A stretch of 64,000 bases of DNA from positions 40,400 to 104,399 of the IMG/VR virus record IMGVR_UViG_3300006145_000007, one strand, 5' to 3'. Positions 56,098-64,000 of this stretch are shown piece by piece. Every line of letters starts with the position of its first letter. Position 1 is the first letter of the stretch. Made by a program: the position numbers and the translations under genes. The notes under the pieces were generated by a model that ran no database searches, was not told the origin of the DNA, and worked only from the letters and a program-made list of their open reading frames with translations. This DNA comes from a virus (Duplodnaviria > Heunggongvirae > Uroviricota > Caudoviricetes).

Positions 56098-57042
56098 TTA
56101 GAATGGCAAGTCGTATTCCACGTTGTTTCCTGCGTTACTTAAGACCTTACTTGCACCATCGCAAATCTTTGAGAACCCGGCGATAGTTGTGATAGCAGCT
56201 CGCTCGAACTGTTTGTTGATGAGCTTCTCATACTCAACCGTAACGCTACCCACATGAATCATTTCCAGAGCAAAGCGTTTGTCCAGCCCGATCACAGTTT
56301 GCTCTGGTGCTGCGCTGGTTCGGATCAATGTCGCACCAAAAGGTGTAGTCATTGCGTTCGGGTGTTGAATATTGAACCCAAGAATCTGCGGTTGGAACTC
56401 CTGAGTTCTTAACAATTCAAGCACTACATCATTCGATGCAAGCACTACATTCATCTCATACGGGTCAAACCTCATCCAGAAGTTTAGCATTGCGTCATAG
56501 TTGAATAGAGCCCCGTTCATAGGAACAACTTCTGCTGGGTTGCTATCGTTCCCATCAATAAGTACACCGATGGCATCTTGCAAGCGAGACCGAGCAATAT
56601 ATGCGCCAATCTGTCGGAGTGTAACAGAAAACAAATCCAACTTTTGTGCGCGGATTGCATCGTAACTCGATACCATCATCCTACCCCGCTTGGATATTTT
56701 CACATGGTTGGTGTTCGCCTGTTCTACTGTGCTGACTATTGTTGTAGAGGCCGTAATCATTGGGAGGATGCCAGACTCCTCTATGCCATGACGTACTGCT
56801 CTTGCAACATATTCCGGGAACAACACTGCAGAGTCTGTTGTCGCAAAGAACTTTTCAACGGGGTCTGAGCCGGCCCCGCGTACTTTAATATCGAAGCGTT
56901 TGAGCTGACGCTGAAAGGCGTCAAGACCTTCTAACGGTGTACCAATATATTTGTCGCTTGGGTCTATACTCTCTAACACCTGACTGAAAGAGCGCCCATG
57001 CTCTTGGTACATGCCCTTTTCCAGTTTGAAGTTATTGTTCAT
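56098..57042 (-). CDS. hypothetical 314-aa protein (possibly HK97-fold/encapsulin-like; unconfirmed)
   Basis: Well-formed ORF; no motif identified with certainty. Confidence 0.35.
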   Translation of the reverse strand: MNNNFKLEKGMYQEHGRSFSQVLESIDPSDKYIGTPLEGLDAFQRQLKRFDIKVRGAGSDPVEKFFATTDSAVLFPEYVARAVRHGIEESGILPMITASTTIVSTVEQANTNHVKISKRGRMMVSSYDAIRAQKLDLFSVTLRQIGAYIARSRLQDAIGVLIDGNDSNPAEVVPMNGALFNYDAMLNFWMRFDPYEMNVVLASNDVVLELLRTQEFQPQILGFNIQHPNAMTTPFGATLIRTSAAPEQTVIGLDKRFALEMIHVGSVTVEYEKLINKQFERAAITTIAGFSKICDGASKVLSNAGNNVEYDLPF

Positions 57043-57427
57043 TTTCCCTCCGCTTCTCTATCCACTTTTCATGCTCCGCATACAGGTCAATCTTGGCCCA
57101 CTTGAGAGCGTTGGAGAATGAGTTGGCGAGTCCCTTGTTGTCGTGGCAAGCCCAGCGAAATGCCATAAGCATCAGCGTAATACTATGCTCATTTGGCTCT
57201 TTGATGTACCTGCCAAGGTGAACCCAGAACAGCTCGGACATATCGTCATGTCCCCAGCAGGAGAAATTAGAAGCCTTGTGAACCTCGGCGCTTTTCTCTT
57301 CCAGCTCTGCATGGCGCCTCTTACTCACGCACTCATCACAGAGTGCGACATTCCCGTATTTACTGTGGATGGTATAGGTGTACTTGCCGCAATCGGCACA
57401 CTCCATTTCTCTCACCTCGCTCGTCAT
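57032..57427 (-). CDS. hypothetical protein with N-terminal Zn ribbon
   Basis: ..CADCGKYTYTIHSKYGNVALCDEC.. Confidence 0.4.
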   Translation of the reverse strand: MTSEVREMECADCGKYTYTIHSKYGNVALCDECVSKRRHAELEEKSAEVHKASNFSCWGHDDMSELFWVHLGRYIKEPNEHSITLMLMAFRWACHDNKGLANSFSNALKWAKIDLYAEHEKWIEKRRENEQ

Positions 57428-57460
57428 TCCTTTGTAATCGCACGCTGTCTGTTGATATAT

Positions 57461-57778
57461 TCAGGCATCAGCATCACCTTCAGTTTCTTTCTCTGCAATA
57501 GCTGCAAGACATCTCTGTTCCGCAAAAGCATTCTTATACCAGTCTCGCTCGGCGGTTAAAATTCGGACGTTACTTTCCGCAGTTGCGAGCCGGTTAAAGA
57601 TCTCGTCGTACACATCTTTCAAAACCAGATAGCACCCGTCTGCAACTAAAATTCCTGTATCGCCCTTAAGTGCCATGAACCGTGCCCTGGCAAGCAAATC
57701 GTCCAGACCATGTGCCTCTCTACGAAGCCGTCCATTTTCATTTTGGAGATCTTCATATACAGCCTTGCTAACCCACAT
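57461..57778 (-). CDS. hypothetical coiled-coil protein
   Basis: 105-aa ORF. Confidence 0.35.
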   Translation of the reverse strand: MWVSKAVYEDLQNENGRLRREAHGLDDLLARARFMALKGDTGILVADGCYLVLKDVYDEIFNRLATAESNVRILTAERDWYKNAFAEQRCLAAIAEKETEGDADA

Positions 57779-58004
57779 TCATTTCACCACCAAATCCCGG
57801 CTTATTCGTCTTCGTCAAGGTCATCTTCAGTACCTGCGAACCGGTCAAAAATTTCCTCATAAGCGTTATTGACGGGGCAAATATCACACGAATCTGCTTC
57901 GCAATGACCTTTGTTGATCTCTTGCCGACAATACTTACTGAAAAGCTCTTTGAACGTTTGCATCTCTTTCTCAGTCATGCTACACCCCTTTACAAAATGC
58001 TATC

Positions 58005-58247
58005 TTATATCGCTCCGAAATGCTGCCCGTTCCAGATCGGGACGCAAACATCATCCTTCTCACACATCGTGTTCTGACAAAGGCAGCAGATATTATACGC
58101 TTTAATTATGGAGTTGATGGTGCCTTCCATTTTGACGTGGTTACATCTGCTGTACTCGGATTCGTTCACACAGTTCCCGTCTGCTTGAAACCTGCAGTTC
58201 TTGAACCCACATCGCGGGAGATCAATTCTCAAGTCTTTCACCACCAA
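58005..58247 (-). CDS. small Cys-rich protein
   Basis: 80 aa with ten Cys. Confidence 0.35.
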   Translation of the reverse strand: MVVKDLRIDLPRCGFKNCRFQADGNCVNESEYSRCNHVKMEGTINSIIKAYNICCLCQNTMCEKDDVCVPIWNGQHFGAI

Positions 58248-58250
58248 ACT

Positions 58251-58481
58251 CTATCTGATTGTGCAGCTCACATCATCATTCGACTTTTCAATGGAGTCAT
58301 ACCCGATAATGATTTCTGCGTCATCATCCTCCGAGTATGCGGACTTTGAGATGGAGCATATTCCACACGCACACCAGTGAGGTTTTATCCTGTCACATTG
58401 CTTAAGCAGTTGCTCAAGCGTGATATCAGCGGGTGCCTCCGCAACAAATGAGATGTCGCACCCGTTCAGTACAAACTTCAT
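58251..58481 (-). CDS. hypothetical protein
   Basis: 76-aa ORF. Confidence 0.3.
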   Translation of the reverse strand: MKFVLNGCDISFVAEAPADITLEQLLKQCDRIKPHWCACGICSISKSAYSEDDDAEIIIGYDSIEKSNDDVSCTIR

Positions 58482-58771
58482 TCTTCCTCCTCATATAAGC
58501 CGATCGTGAAGGCGTCCGTAAAATCCTCGTTGCCTTTATCACCATACACAAGGACTTCAAACTTTTTATCATCCCACACAATCTTGCCGTCGTCTATACT
58601 GTAGTCGCTACGAACGACAGCGAGATCTTGATGCCACACGCCGTCCGGGTCAACGATCCCGATGAACATCTCCCGGTCATATTGCGGGTCTGTGTTTCGC
58701 TCTGCCACCAGCTTATAGCCGTTTGGAAGGTCAATCTCAATACGGGTTGCCTTTTCCTTGTGCATCATCAA
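58478..58771 (-). CDS. hypothetical protein
   Basis: 97-aa ORF. Confidence 0.35.
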   Translation of the reverse strand: MMMHKEKATRIEIDLPNGYKLVAERNTDPQYDREMFIGIVDPDGVWHQDLAVVRSDYSIDDGKIVWDDKKFEVLVYGDKGNEDFTDAFTIGLYEEEE

Positions 58772-59026
58772 TACCTCCTGTCTGTAACATAGGTTTTAGA
58801 AACAGTGATCCCGAGTATCTTATACCTGATGTAGCAGCTATCCACCTGAACGCTGGTCAGGTTCTGCAACCATACCCAGTTCGATATGATCAGTTTTCTA
58901 TATAGCCACATATCACTCTTCCTCATCATCTTCGATTTGGGAGTCATCAACTAACTGCTCGTCCCAGTTAACCTCGATGTCAGATATGACGGCGTCGATC
59001 TTCTTGAAACCATATCTTTCACAAAA

Positions 59027-59251
59027 TTAACTTTTTATAAACTGTTTTCCACACAGAGGACAATGATGTGTTTCTACAATATCTTGAGTTGTAAAACTAC
59101 CATCATTGGCAAGCACTCTTACCCTTAACATCCCCTGCCTGTTTATAGAAATTTCAATCCCGCTGTATTCAACAGTCTGGTTCATTACCACAAAGTCATT
59201 TGTCTCTTGCTCACAATATGGACACTTCATAAAATCAGTCTCCCGTTGCAA
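59027..59251 (-). CDS. zinc-ribbon protein
   Basis: ..CPYCEQ..HHCPLCGK.. Confidence 0.4.
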   Translation of the reverse strand: MQRETDFMKCPYCEQETNDFVVMNQTVEYSGIEISINRQGMLRVRVLANDGSFTTQDIVETHHCPLCGKQFIKS

Positions 59252-60206
59252 TCAAGGCGTTCCCACAGGTGATGCGGTCACTATCCTCTTCCTCACTTGG
59301 GACAAACACGATGACATCCCACCCGGCTGCAACAAGCGGAGCCTCGAACTTACGATAAACATCGTAGTCAGTGTACTCGGTCGTCACATTGAAACCGTTC
59401 TTAACGGCGGACGCCGTCTTGTGGACGGGTGTGATCTTCACCATGAAGGTGTCCTTTTCGAACAGCTCGGACAGCCGGCCGGCGTCCAGGATGGTTTCTT
59501 CTGTGACAGCGAAGTTCAGTGTGTACTTCCGGCCCACGGGGCGGGGGAGGCGACGAGCCAGGACGGAGATTTCCTCCAGACTTAGGCTCATGTTATTGAA
59601 CTGCGCATCACGCTGTTCGTCATTGGTGGAGTTGATACTGAACTGAAGCCCAGCTTCTCCGCCGTATACCTTGTTCTTAATGCGGCACCATTCCAGAATG
59701 AACCCCTCAAGTACCTTGTTATATTTGGGAAGCATGGTGGAAACCACAGGGTGAACGGTATCCGCAGCGATGTACTTGGCGACCAGTTCCCGCAGGTCAT
59801 GTTCGGTGAAAGCGAGAACTTCGCCGTTCCAGGTTGGCTCTCCCATACGGGCGAAGTGGACATTGAACCGGCTGGTTGAGCGCACGTCCTCATTCTTGAG
59901 AATCGTTTCGACCTCATAGGCCAGCTCATCGCGGGAAATATTTCCATAGAAACCAAACTTGGGACAGTCGCAGAACTGACAGTGCATCGGGCAACCCTTC
60001 TGCGTGCTGATGGTGGCGACCCACTTCTGGGTCAGGTCAACGTCATGGTGCTGCACACCATGAATCTCTTTATGGAGGCCGAGGAAGTCAGCCTTGATGT
60101 TGTTCTCCTTCCCATAATCTCCCACGGTCAGAAACTCCAGCTTGCGTTCCCGGTCAACATAGATCTTTCCGGTATGTGTTTTGATAATTTCCATTTCTAT
60201 CACCAA
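59235..60206 (-). CDS. radical SAM methyltransferase-like enzyme of the RlmN/Cfr family
   Basis: ..KGCPMHCQFCD.. Cx3Cx2C; ..FARMGEPTWN.. (cf. RlmN MGMGEPL); C-terminal ..DSDRITCGNALIA.. resembles the RlmN C-terminal catalytic Cys region. Confidence 0.55.
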   Translation of the reverse strand: MVIEMEIIKTHTGKIYVDRERKLEFLTVGDYGKENNIKADFLGLHKEIHGVQHHDVDLTQKWVATISTQKGCPMHCQFCDCPKFGFYGNISRDELAYEVETILKNEDVRSTSRFNVHFARMGEPTWNGEVLAFTEHDLRELVAKYIAADTVHPVVSTMLPKYNKVLEGFILEWCRIKNKVYGGEAGLQFSINSTNDEQRDAQFNNMSLSLEEISVLARRLPRPVGRKYTLNFAVTEETILDAGRLSELFEKDTFMVKITPVHKTASAVKNGFNVTTEYTDYDVYRKFEAPLVAAGWDVIVFVPSEEEDSDRITCGNALIATGD

Positions 60207-60218
60207 ACTATCCTTTCT

Positions 60219-60440
60219 TCAGTAGCGATATATGGTTGACCACTCCACGTTTCTCCAGTCCATTTTCTGGCCGCACTCTCTACAGAACTTATCCTGGTAT
60301 GTACTCCAGTCATCGTCCCCAGTCCCAGTGATGATAAAGCCGCCGACCTCAGACCCACACACCGGACACCCGAAATAGTGATGGTGGACTGCGTGGCTGC
60401 CGGCGTTGCACAAAACAGGAGTTCTCCCTTCGTTCTCCAT
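60219..60440 (-). CDS. small zinc-finger protein
   Basis: ..HHHYFGCPVCGS.. and ..CRECGQ.. Confidence 0.35.
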   Translation of the reverse strand: MENEGRTPVLCNAGSHAVHHHYFGCPVCGSEVGGFIITGTGDDDWSTYQDKFCRECGQKMDWRNVEWSTIYRY

Positions 60441-60574
60441 GAATCAACCCTCCATAACATATTGGCACGGACGGTAAGGAATCGAACCCACCACAAGCGG
60501 TTTTGGAGACCGCCTCGCTACCTTGGAACATGCGCCCGTATATATGGCACTATCGCAGTTCCCGCGTTATTTGC

Positions 60575-61702
60575 TTACCACCACATGGCCGGGAAAACAA
60601 TGGACCAAATTTTCTCAATCTCAGAGACATAGTCGTACTGCTTTTCATCATGGTCATTATACTCAGGCTTGAACGAAAACTCTAATCGCTCGATCATCAT
60701 GTCGATCATTTGTCTCTGTGTGTATTCTTTCCCGTTGTATTCAAATTTGTGGTAGTCCAAATTGACACAACACACATCAACAAATTTCTTCAGCCGTTCA
60801 TAGAGCCACAGGTGGAAAGTGAAGTCCAGATTCCAGGTTTCTCTTTCATCAAAACCGTACTTTGCTCGTTCCAAAGCCCAGGCTCCTTGCCGTTTATCGT
60901 CCATGTTCCAGGTGTCCGGCCGCTGTGTAACGCCGATATCATCCAGATACTTTCTCATAACAGGTTCTCTACGGGAAAATGACGGCATAGGCAAAAGTTT
61001 GTGGAGATTGTGGTCATGCATCTTGGTGATCTTATCGTCCAGTTCCTTATCTCCGGTCGTTCCGATCAGGATAAACTGATCGAGCTGAGCATATGTGAAA
61101 CCGAGATTGTCCTCGTCCGACTTGCCACACAGGCCATCGGATGGCGTTTTATCAATCAGGTCTTTTGGAATAGGAAGCTCATGCCCAATCTGGATGACCT
61201 CGCTCACCAGTAGGTTGGCGAGCGGGCTGAAGTCTCCGGCACTATCCCCAAATTTGGTGGAATACCCGACGAAGTCTTCAGACCTGTTGCAGGTGTTTGC
61301 CACACGCCCGCCGTTCGGGAGAGACTGAGCAACAGCGTAAAGCGTTGTCATACGGATACGGGCGGGGAGGTTCACCTTTGTCTGCTCACTAACCTCCATC
61401 TTGATACGGACTCTGAACAGGATAGAGTCAACAGGACTCTGAATGTTTACCATGTATGAGCGGATGCCAAGAGTCTCCACGATACGTTTGCTGTCATCAA
61501 TGTCGATCTGCTCACCACACGGCATCAAAACACCTACGACTCGTTCCTTCCCAAGAGCCTCGACGCAAAGAGCGGCAACAACACTCGAATCCTTTCCGCC
61601 TGAGATCCCGACCACGGCGTCACAGTGAGGTCCATTCGCATCAAAGTAGTCACGAATCCACTGGACAATAGCGTCTTTTGTTTGCTTTGGATTCTCCAAC
61701 AT
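60575..61702 (-). CDS. nadE: NAD synthetase-like PP-loop amidotransferase (NadE family) with C-terminal extension
   Basis: ..AVVGISGGKDSSVVAALC.. PP-loop at the NadE position; ~100-aa extra C-terminal region. Confidence 0.65.
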   Translation of the reverse strand: MLENPKQTKDAIVQWIRDYFDANGPHCDAVVGISGGKDSSVVAALCVEALGKERVVGVLMPCGEQIDIDDSKRIVETLGIRSYMVNIQSPVDSILFRVRIKMEVSEQTKVNLPARIRMTTLYAVAQSLPNGGRVANTCNRSEDFVGYSTKFGDSAGDFSPLANLLVSEVIQIGHELPIPKDLIDKTPSDGLCGKSDEDNLGFTYAQLDQFILIGTTGDKELDDKITKMHDHNLHKLLPMPSFSRREPVMRKYLDDIGVTQRPDTWNMDDKRQGAWALERAKYGFDERETWNLDFTFHLWLYERLKKFVDVCCVNLDYHKFEYNGKEYTQRQMIDMMIERLEFSFKPEYNDHDEKQYDYVSEIEKIWSIVFPAMWW

Positions 61703-63207
61703 CAGAATCCACCTCCATGAAGATTGTGGCGAACATCCGTCAGAGTATACTGGCGGACGAAGCTACCATCTTTGAAGACAGTCTGGAGCTCATTGTTTTC
61801 CCGAGCCTCTGCCCAGGTTAGCCCGTCTTCATAGGTGTAGTTATCGCCGTCCTTGACCACCCGGCAGCAACCCCGCTGGGACTTCTTGAAGTGACCGGTG
61901 TCAGTCTTGGGGTTCTTGAAAATCATGATAGGTTTGCCGTCGGCATCCTCGGCGTAGGTCGCCTTGACAGCGATGCCGAAAGTGTCGCGGGTGTAGGGTA
62001 CATAATACTTTGTACCCTTATACACCTCTCCATCGTGGATAGTCTCCAGACACTGCATCGAGAAAGAACCGACGCCCAGCGCCACGTTGTTGATGGCGAA
62101 CCCGGCACGTTCCAGGATTTCATAAATCTGCTGGCAGCGCTGGGGCGTGATGCTGTCGCCGTACAGTGCCTTGACATGAGGATTCAGAACCTTGAATCCC
62201 TTACTGTTGACCGTGCCGCCGAAGATATTCCACAGGCGGAACACAGTCTTGGTAACAACCTCAACAGGATCGCCGCTGTCGCCACGAACAGACAGGCAAC
62301 CATCGTGCGTCAGAATCTCATCTTTGAGTTGAGGCAGGATATTGTCTACCAGATTCCAGTAATCGTAGCTGTCGCTGACCATGGAGAAGCTCTGATGAGG
62401 ATAGACCTCGTTCAGCAAGCGCCGGATATGCGTAACTTCATCGCCGTCCATGGCAAAGTTGGAGCACATCACGCTGTGCTCGGTGGACAGGGCGCCATAG
62501 GCGACAGGCTCCTGGGTGCAGTCGCAGTTGTAGTTGTTCTCCAACCAGAGGATGGCGGGGACAGTAGCGGTGTTCAGGAAGCTGAGGCAGAACGCCGCAG
62601 AACTCTTGGTGGCACTCTCAACGCTCTCCTGGCCACGCATGGAGAAATCGCCCAGAAGCCGGGCCCGAACCACGTTGTCATCGCAGGTGCGCTTGGCGAA
62701 CTCGTTGACAATCTGGCGATAGCGGTAGCCGACCTCGGCGGACACCTGAGTGTGCCACATGGTGCAGGACAGCATGGTTTCGATGGAGTTCACCAGCCAG
62801 ACGAAAGCGGGGTGCGTGTTGGAAATCTCAATCTGCGGCACCTTGATGTCGGTGCGCGTCCCCTCTGGCACAGCCCGAATCTCCAAGGGCAAATAGCCCA
62901 GGTCATGGAGGGCTTTCAGTCGCTGTTCTCCGACGCCATCGGTGTTGATGGTGGCATTGAGAACCCGCTTGTACTCGTCCAGCACATCCTCCCAATCTTC
63001 CCAGAAGAAAAAGAGGTTGAAGGCATCGACAAGGTACTCCTTGATGAACGCCTGGAGGCCAAACATCGTGACCTTATCGGTGTCTCCCAGCCGGGCCATG
63101 CGAGGAGTATAGTAGGAGACCATTTTGGTTAGGGTCTGCGGATACTGCTCTGCATGGGCGGTCTTGTAAAAGTCCAAGCAGAGCAGGGGATTATAGGTTG
63201 TTCTCAT
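61702..63207 (-). CDS. nadV: nicotinamide phosphoribosyltransferase (NAMPT/NadV)
   Basis: N-terminal ..LCLDFYKTAHAEQYP.. (NAMPT DSYK..H..QYP signature), ~500 aa. Confidence 0.8.
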   Translation of the reverse strand: MRTTYNPLLCLDFYKTAHAEQYPQTLTKMVSYYTPRMARLGDTDKVTMFGLQAFIKEYLVDAFNLFFFWEDWEDVLDEYKRVLNATINTDGVGEQRLKALHDLGYLPLEIRAVPEGTRTDIKVPQIEISNTHPAFVWLVNSIETMLSCTMWHTQVSAEVGYRYRQIVNEFAKRTCDDNVVRARLLGDFSMRGQESVESATKSSAAFCLSFLNTATVPAILWLENNYNCDCTQEPVAYGALSTEHSVMCSNFAMDGDEVTHIRRLLNEVYPHQSFSMVSDSYDYWNLVDNILPQLKDEILTHDGCLSVRGDSGDPVEVVTKTVFRLWNIFGGTVNSKGFKVLNPHVKALYGDSITPQRCQQIYEILERAGFAINNVALGVGSFSMQCLETIHDGEVYKGTKYYVPYTRDTFGIAVKATYAEDADGKPIMIFKNPKTDTGHFKKSQRGCCRVVKDGDNYTYEDGLTWAEARENNELQTVFKDGSFVRQYTLTDVRHNLHGGGF

Positions 63208-63428
63208 TTCTCATCATCCTCACTTTCAGCTTTCTTTTTCGCATAGTAGATTGCAAATGCAAGAGGAGCTACAATGAACCATAGAGCCGTAATCCATATG
63301 GGCAGATAGCACATATCTTCCAGGTCTGTGTAGCTGTCCTCTTTATACATCAGATAGTAGTAGAAACCACCAAGCGAGGAACCTATGAGAATGTAGATGG
63401 TGAGAAGCAAAATGATTAGAAACGCCAT
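63204..63428 (-). CDS. small membrane protein
   Basis: Two hydrophobic helices (LIILLLTIYILIGSSLGGFYYYL; ALWFIVAPLAFAIYYA). Confidence 0.4.
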   Translation of the reverse strand: MAFLIILLLTIYILIGSSLGGFYYYLMYKEDSYTDLEDMCYLPIWITALWFIVAPLAFAIYYAKKKAESEDDEK

Positions 63429-63604
63429 ATTGTCACCTCAATAGTGAATTTTTTGAACATATCCGCATTTTTTGCAGCGGTATATTTCCGTGTACCCCAT
63501 GGGCATATTTTGTGGAGTGTCCAGTCAGAATAATTGGTGACCCTTGTAATATGCTCCCATTCATGTTTGCAAAAAAAGTGAGCGGATATAGTTGATGAGC
63601 CACC

Positions 63605-64000
63605 TCATTCACCGTCACCAGCCTTAAAGTTGTAGATAGGTTTGATTACCACATCCACATTTACCGTAGGCTCGATATTCCCCACGATATCCTCCATGCC
63701 CTTATAGGCCATAGGGCACTCATCCAGAGTGCTGCGGCCAACGGATGTCGTGTAGATTCCCTCCATCTCCTTCTTGAACTCGGAGACAGTGAAAGTTTCT
63801 TTGGCGGCGCTGCGGCTCATCAGACGGCCAGCGCCGTGTGGCGCTGAGAAGTTCCAGTCCTCATTGCCCTTGCCGGTACAGAGTAAACTGCCGTCCCGCA
63901 TATTGATGGGGATGAGCAGCCGTTCTCCGGCCTGAGCGGAGACAGAGCCCTTCCGAAGAATCATGTTGTCGATGTCAATGTAGTTATGGATGGTGGTGAA
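63605..64000 (-). CDS. rtcB: RtcB-family RNA ligase, C-terminal part (gene continues beyond the window)
   Basis: ..NFSAPHGAGRLMSRSAAKETFT.. (RtcB HGAGR motif); open frame continues upstream past position 64000. Confidence 0.55.
   Translation of the reverse strand, partial: FTTIHNYIDIDNMILRKGSVSAQAGERLLIPINMRDGSLLCTGKGNEDWNFSAPHGAGRLMSRSAAKETFTVSEFKKEMEGIYTTSVGRSTLDECPMAYKGMEDIVGNIEPTVNVDVVIKPIYNFKAGDGE

Noticed and set aside
56098-57042. Major capsid protein call for the 314-aa product
   Set aside because: Only a vague HK97/encapsulin-like impression with no diagnostic motif. It sits among non-structural leftward genes far from the tail module, so left as hypothetical.
61891-63132. 413-aa + strand ORF opposite the NAMPT gene
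   Set aside because: Antisense to a gene with a clear NAMPT signature. The translation is Gly/Ala/Val-rich without domains.
1-64000. CRISPR arrays, rRNA genes, IS/transposase genes
   Set aside because: No regularly spaced direct repeats with unique spacers, no rRNA-like conserved blocks and no transposase motifs (DDE, IS200 HuH) were seen in any frame.

Overview
This window is contiguous temperate-phage DNA, in the replicative (attP) form rather than a prophage-host junction. Domain content points to a Firmicutes/Clostridia host: an SLH-like wall-binding domain, a SleB-like hydrolase, an LL-H holin and an anaerobic NrdDG reductase. Positions 1-10.3 kb are + strand and hold the end of the tail module. 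A 754-aa fibre/receptor-binding protein there is the target of a diversity-generating retroelement (DGR): VR at 2779-2921, TR at 3274-3416, and a DGR-type reverse transcriptase at 3656-4771. Next come a XerC/D-like tyrosine recombinase, a CHAP+amidase+SLH endolysin and holin-like membrane proteins. A terminator at 10.37 kb and a putative attP with five TTGACACAG arm-type repeats sit against a lambda-type integrase and an excisionase on the - strand. From 12.3 kb to the window end, about 52 kb is transcribed leftward and interrupted only by a + strand CI/LexA-like repressor. It carries a nucleotide-metabolism block: dUTPase, a P-loop kinase, NrdG/NrdD/NrdH, a 5'-deoxyribonucleotidase, a MazG-like dNTP pyrophosphohydrolase and ThyX. 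It also carries C5 and Dam DNA methyltransferases, and a replisome: a DnaE Pol III alpha split by a group-I-like intron that encodes an HNH endonuclease, primase, DnaB, a Cas4-like nuclease, SSB, ERF and an HD hydrolase. A MazF-like module has its own consensus promoter. A cysteine-desulfurase plus PP-loop/Fe-S thiolation pair is present, along with a metallophosphoesterase and an SPFH protein. Translation-repair and anti-defence-type genes are present too: Pth2, an RlmN/Cfr-like radical SAM enzyme, an RtcB C-terminus, and a NAMPT plus NadE-like NAD salvage pair. Many small Cys-rich ORFs are scattered through. Long G/C homopolymers sit in the DGR spacer and in-frame in two modification genes. 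No CRISPR array, no rRNA and no convincing intact tRNA were found.
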